DNA of 64,000 bases from NCBI GenBank assembly GCA_035221665.1, contig CM069159.1:22258001-22322000 (forward strand). Reading direction: 5' to 3'. The number at the start of each line of letters is the position of its first letter. The first letter of the stretch is position 1. Shown piece by piece: positions 63,011-64,000 of this stretch. The notes under the pieces were generated by a model. It ran no database searches, was not told the origin of the DNA, and saw only the letters and a list, made by a program, of their open reading frames with translations. Source of the stretch: Okamejei kenojei (Eukaryota). Position numbers and translations under genes: made by a program.

Positions 63011-63834
63011 ACTGGTCAGGGATCAGGGAAACGAGGGATATAGACGGTGATGTGGAGAGATAAGGAACAATGAGTGAAAGATATGCAAAAAAGTATCGGT
63101 GATAAAGGGAACAAGCCATTGTAAGCTGTTTGTGGTGTGAAAATGAGAAGCTGGTGCGACTGGGGTGGGGGAGGGAGATAGAGATAGAGGGAATGCCAGG
63201 GCCCGAGGGCTGAGGGAGAGGTGGGAAGGGGAGGAGACAGCAAGGGTTAACAGAATTGAGAAAATTCAATATTCAAGCCCAAAGGATGCAGACTCCCCAT
63301 CGGATGGAGGGGAGTTGAAGTGCTGTGTTCGGCGAAGCGATCGCCAAGCCTCCGCTTGGTCTCACCGCTTGGCGATCGCTTCGCCGAACACCTCCGCTCG
63401 GTCCGCAATAACCAACCCGACCTCCCGGTGGCTCAGCACTTCAACTCCCCCTCCCATTCCACATCCGACCTCTCGGTCCTGGGCCTCCTCCACGGCCAGA
63501 GTGAGCAACACCGCAAGCTGGAGGAACAGCACCTCATATTCCGCTTGGGGAGTCTGCATCCTTTGGGCTTGAATATTGAATTTTCTCAATTCTGTTAACC
63601 CTTGCTGTCTCCTCCCCTTCCCACCTCTCCCTCAGCCCTCGGGCCCTGGCATTCCCTCTATCTCTATCTCCCTCCCCCACCCCAGTCGCACCAGCTTCTC
63701 ATTTTCACACCACAAACAGCTTACAATGGCTTGTTCCCTTTATCACCGATACTTTTTTGCATATCTTTCACTCATTGTTCCTTATCTCTCCACATCACCG
63801 TCTATATCTCTTGTTTCCCTGATCCCTGACCAGT

Positions 63835-63862
63835 CTGAAGAAGGGTCTCGACCCGAAACGTC
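63835..63862 (+). ncRNA. Minimal type I hammerhead-ribozyme-like motif of the Penelope 3' end
   Basis: CTGAAGA-A-GGGT(CTCG)ACCC-GAAA-CGTC; helix I pairing with immediate flanks is weak. Confidence 0.6.
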
Positions 63863-64000
63863 GCCTATCTCCTTCGCTCCTTAGATGCTGCTGCACCCGC
63901 TGAGTTTCTCCAGCTTTTTGTGTACCCTCGATTCTCCAGCATCTGCAGTTCCTTCTTTAAAACCAAACCAGACCATGATGGAGAAGGTGAGAACAGACTC

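Larger units (their letters stand above)
62919..63962. mobile_element. ~1-kb fold-back Penelope-like insertion (inverted 3' ends)
   Basis: Left arm minus, right arm plus, with identical 102-aa ORF translations; 15-bp TSD CCAAACCAGACCATG at 62904-62918 and 63963-63977. Confidence 0.93.
62430..64000 (-). mobile_element. Rex1/Babar-type LINE 3' portion, interrupted by a Penelope palindrome
   Basis: ESVLTFSIMVWFG (63963-64000) continues as MVWFGSATKHDTWRLQRIVRSAEKIIG...DPSHHGHKLFESLPSGRRLR; (TTAC)n tail at 62430. Confidence 0.85.

Noticed and set aside
62961-63884. Duplicated 102-aa gene (also at 35891)
   Set aside because: Frame in the Penelope 3' UTR, repeated because the element is repeated.

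Overview
Eukaryotic (vertebrate) genomic DNA, most likely from a cartilaginous fish (skate/ray-like). This is inferred from the repeat repertoire: HE1-like V-SINEs, CR1/HER1-like LINEs and abundant Penelope-like elements. The window holds the 3' half of an IGSF9B (protein turtle homolog B) gene on the minus strand. Eight coding exons (59693 down to ~11174) join in frame through canonical GT-AG sites and encode the end of Ig5, two FN3 domains, the transmembrane helix and the long Ser/Pro-rich cytoplasmic tail. The introns are filled with SINEs, CR1, Rex1/Babar and other non-LTR fragments, PIF/Harbinger-type MITEs and Penelope-like (GIY-YIG) retroelements. The most notable signal is a dense family (15 or more copies) of short Penelope-derived 3' modules carrying a minimal hammerhead-ribozyme-like core (CTGAAGA-A-GGGTnnnnACCC-GAAA-CGTY). 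These often insert as TSD-flanked palindromes or inverted+tandem arrays. No prokaryotic system, CRISPR array, rRNA or bona fide tRNA gene is supported.
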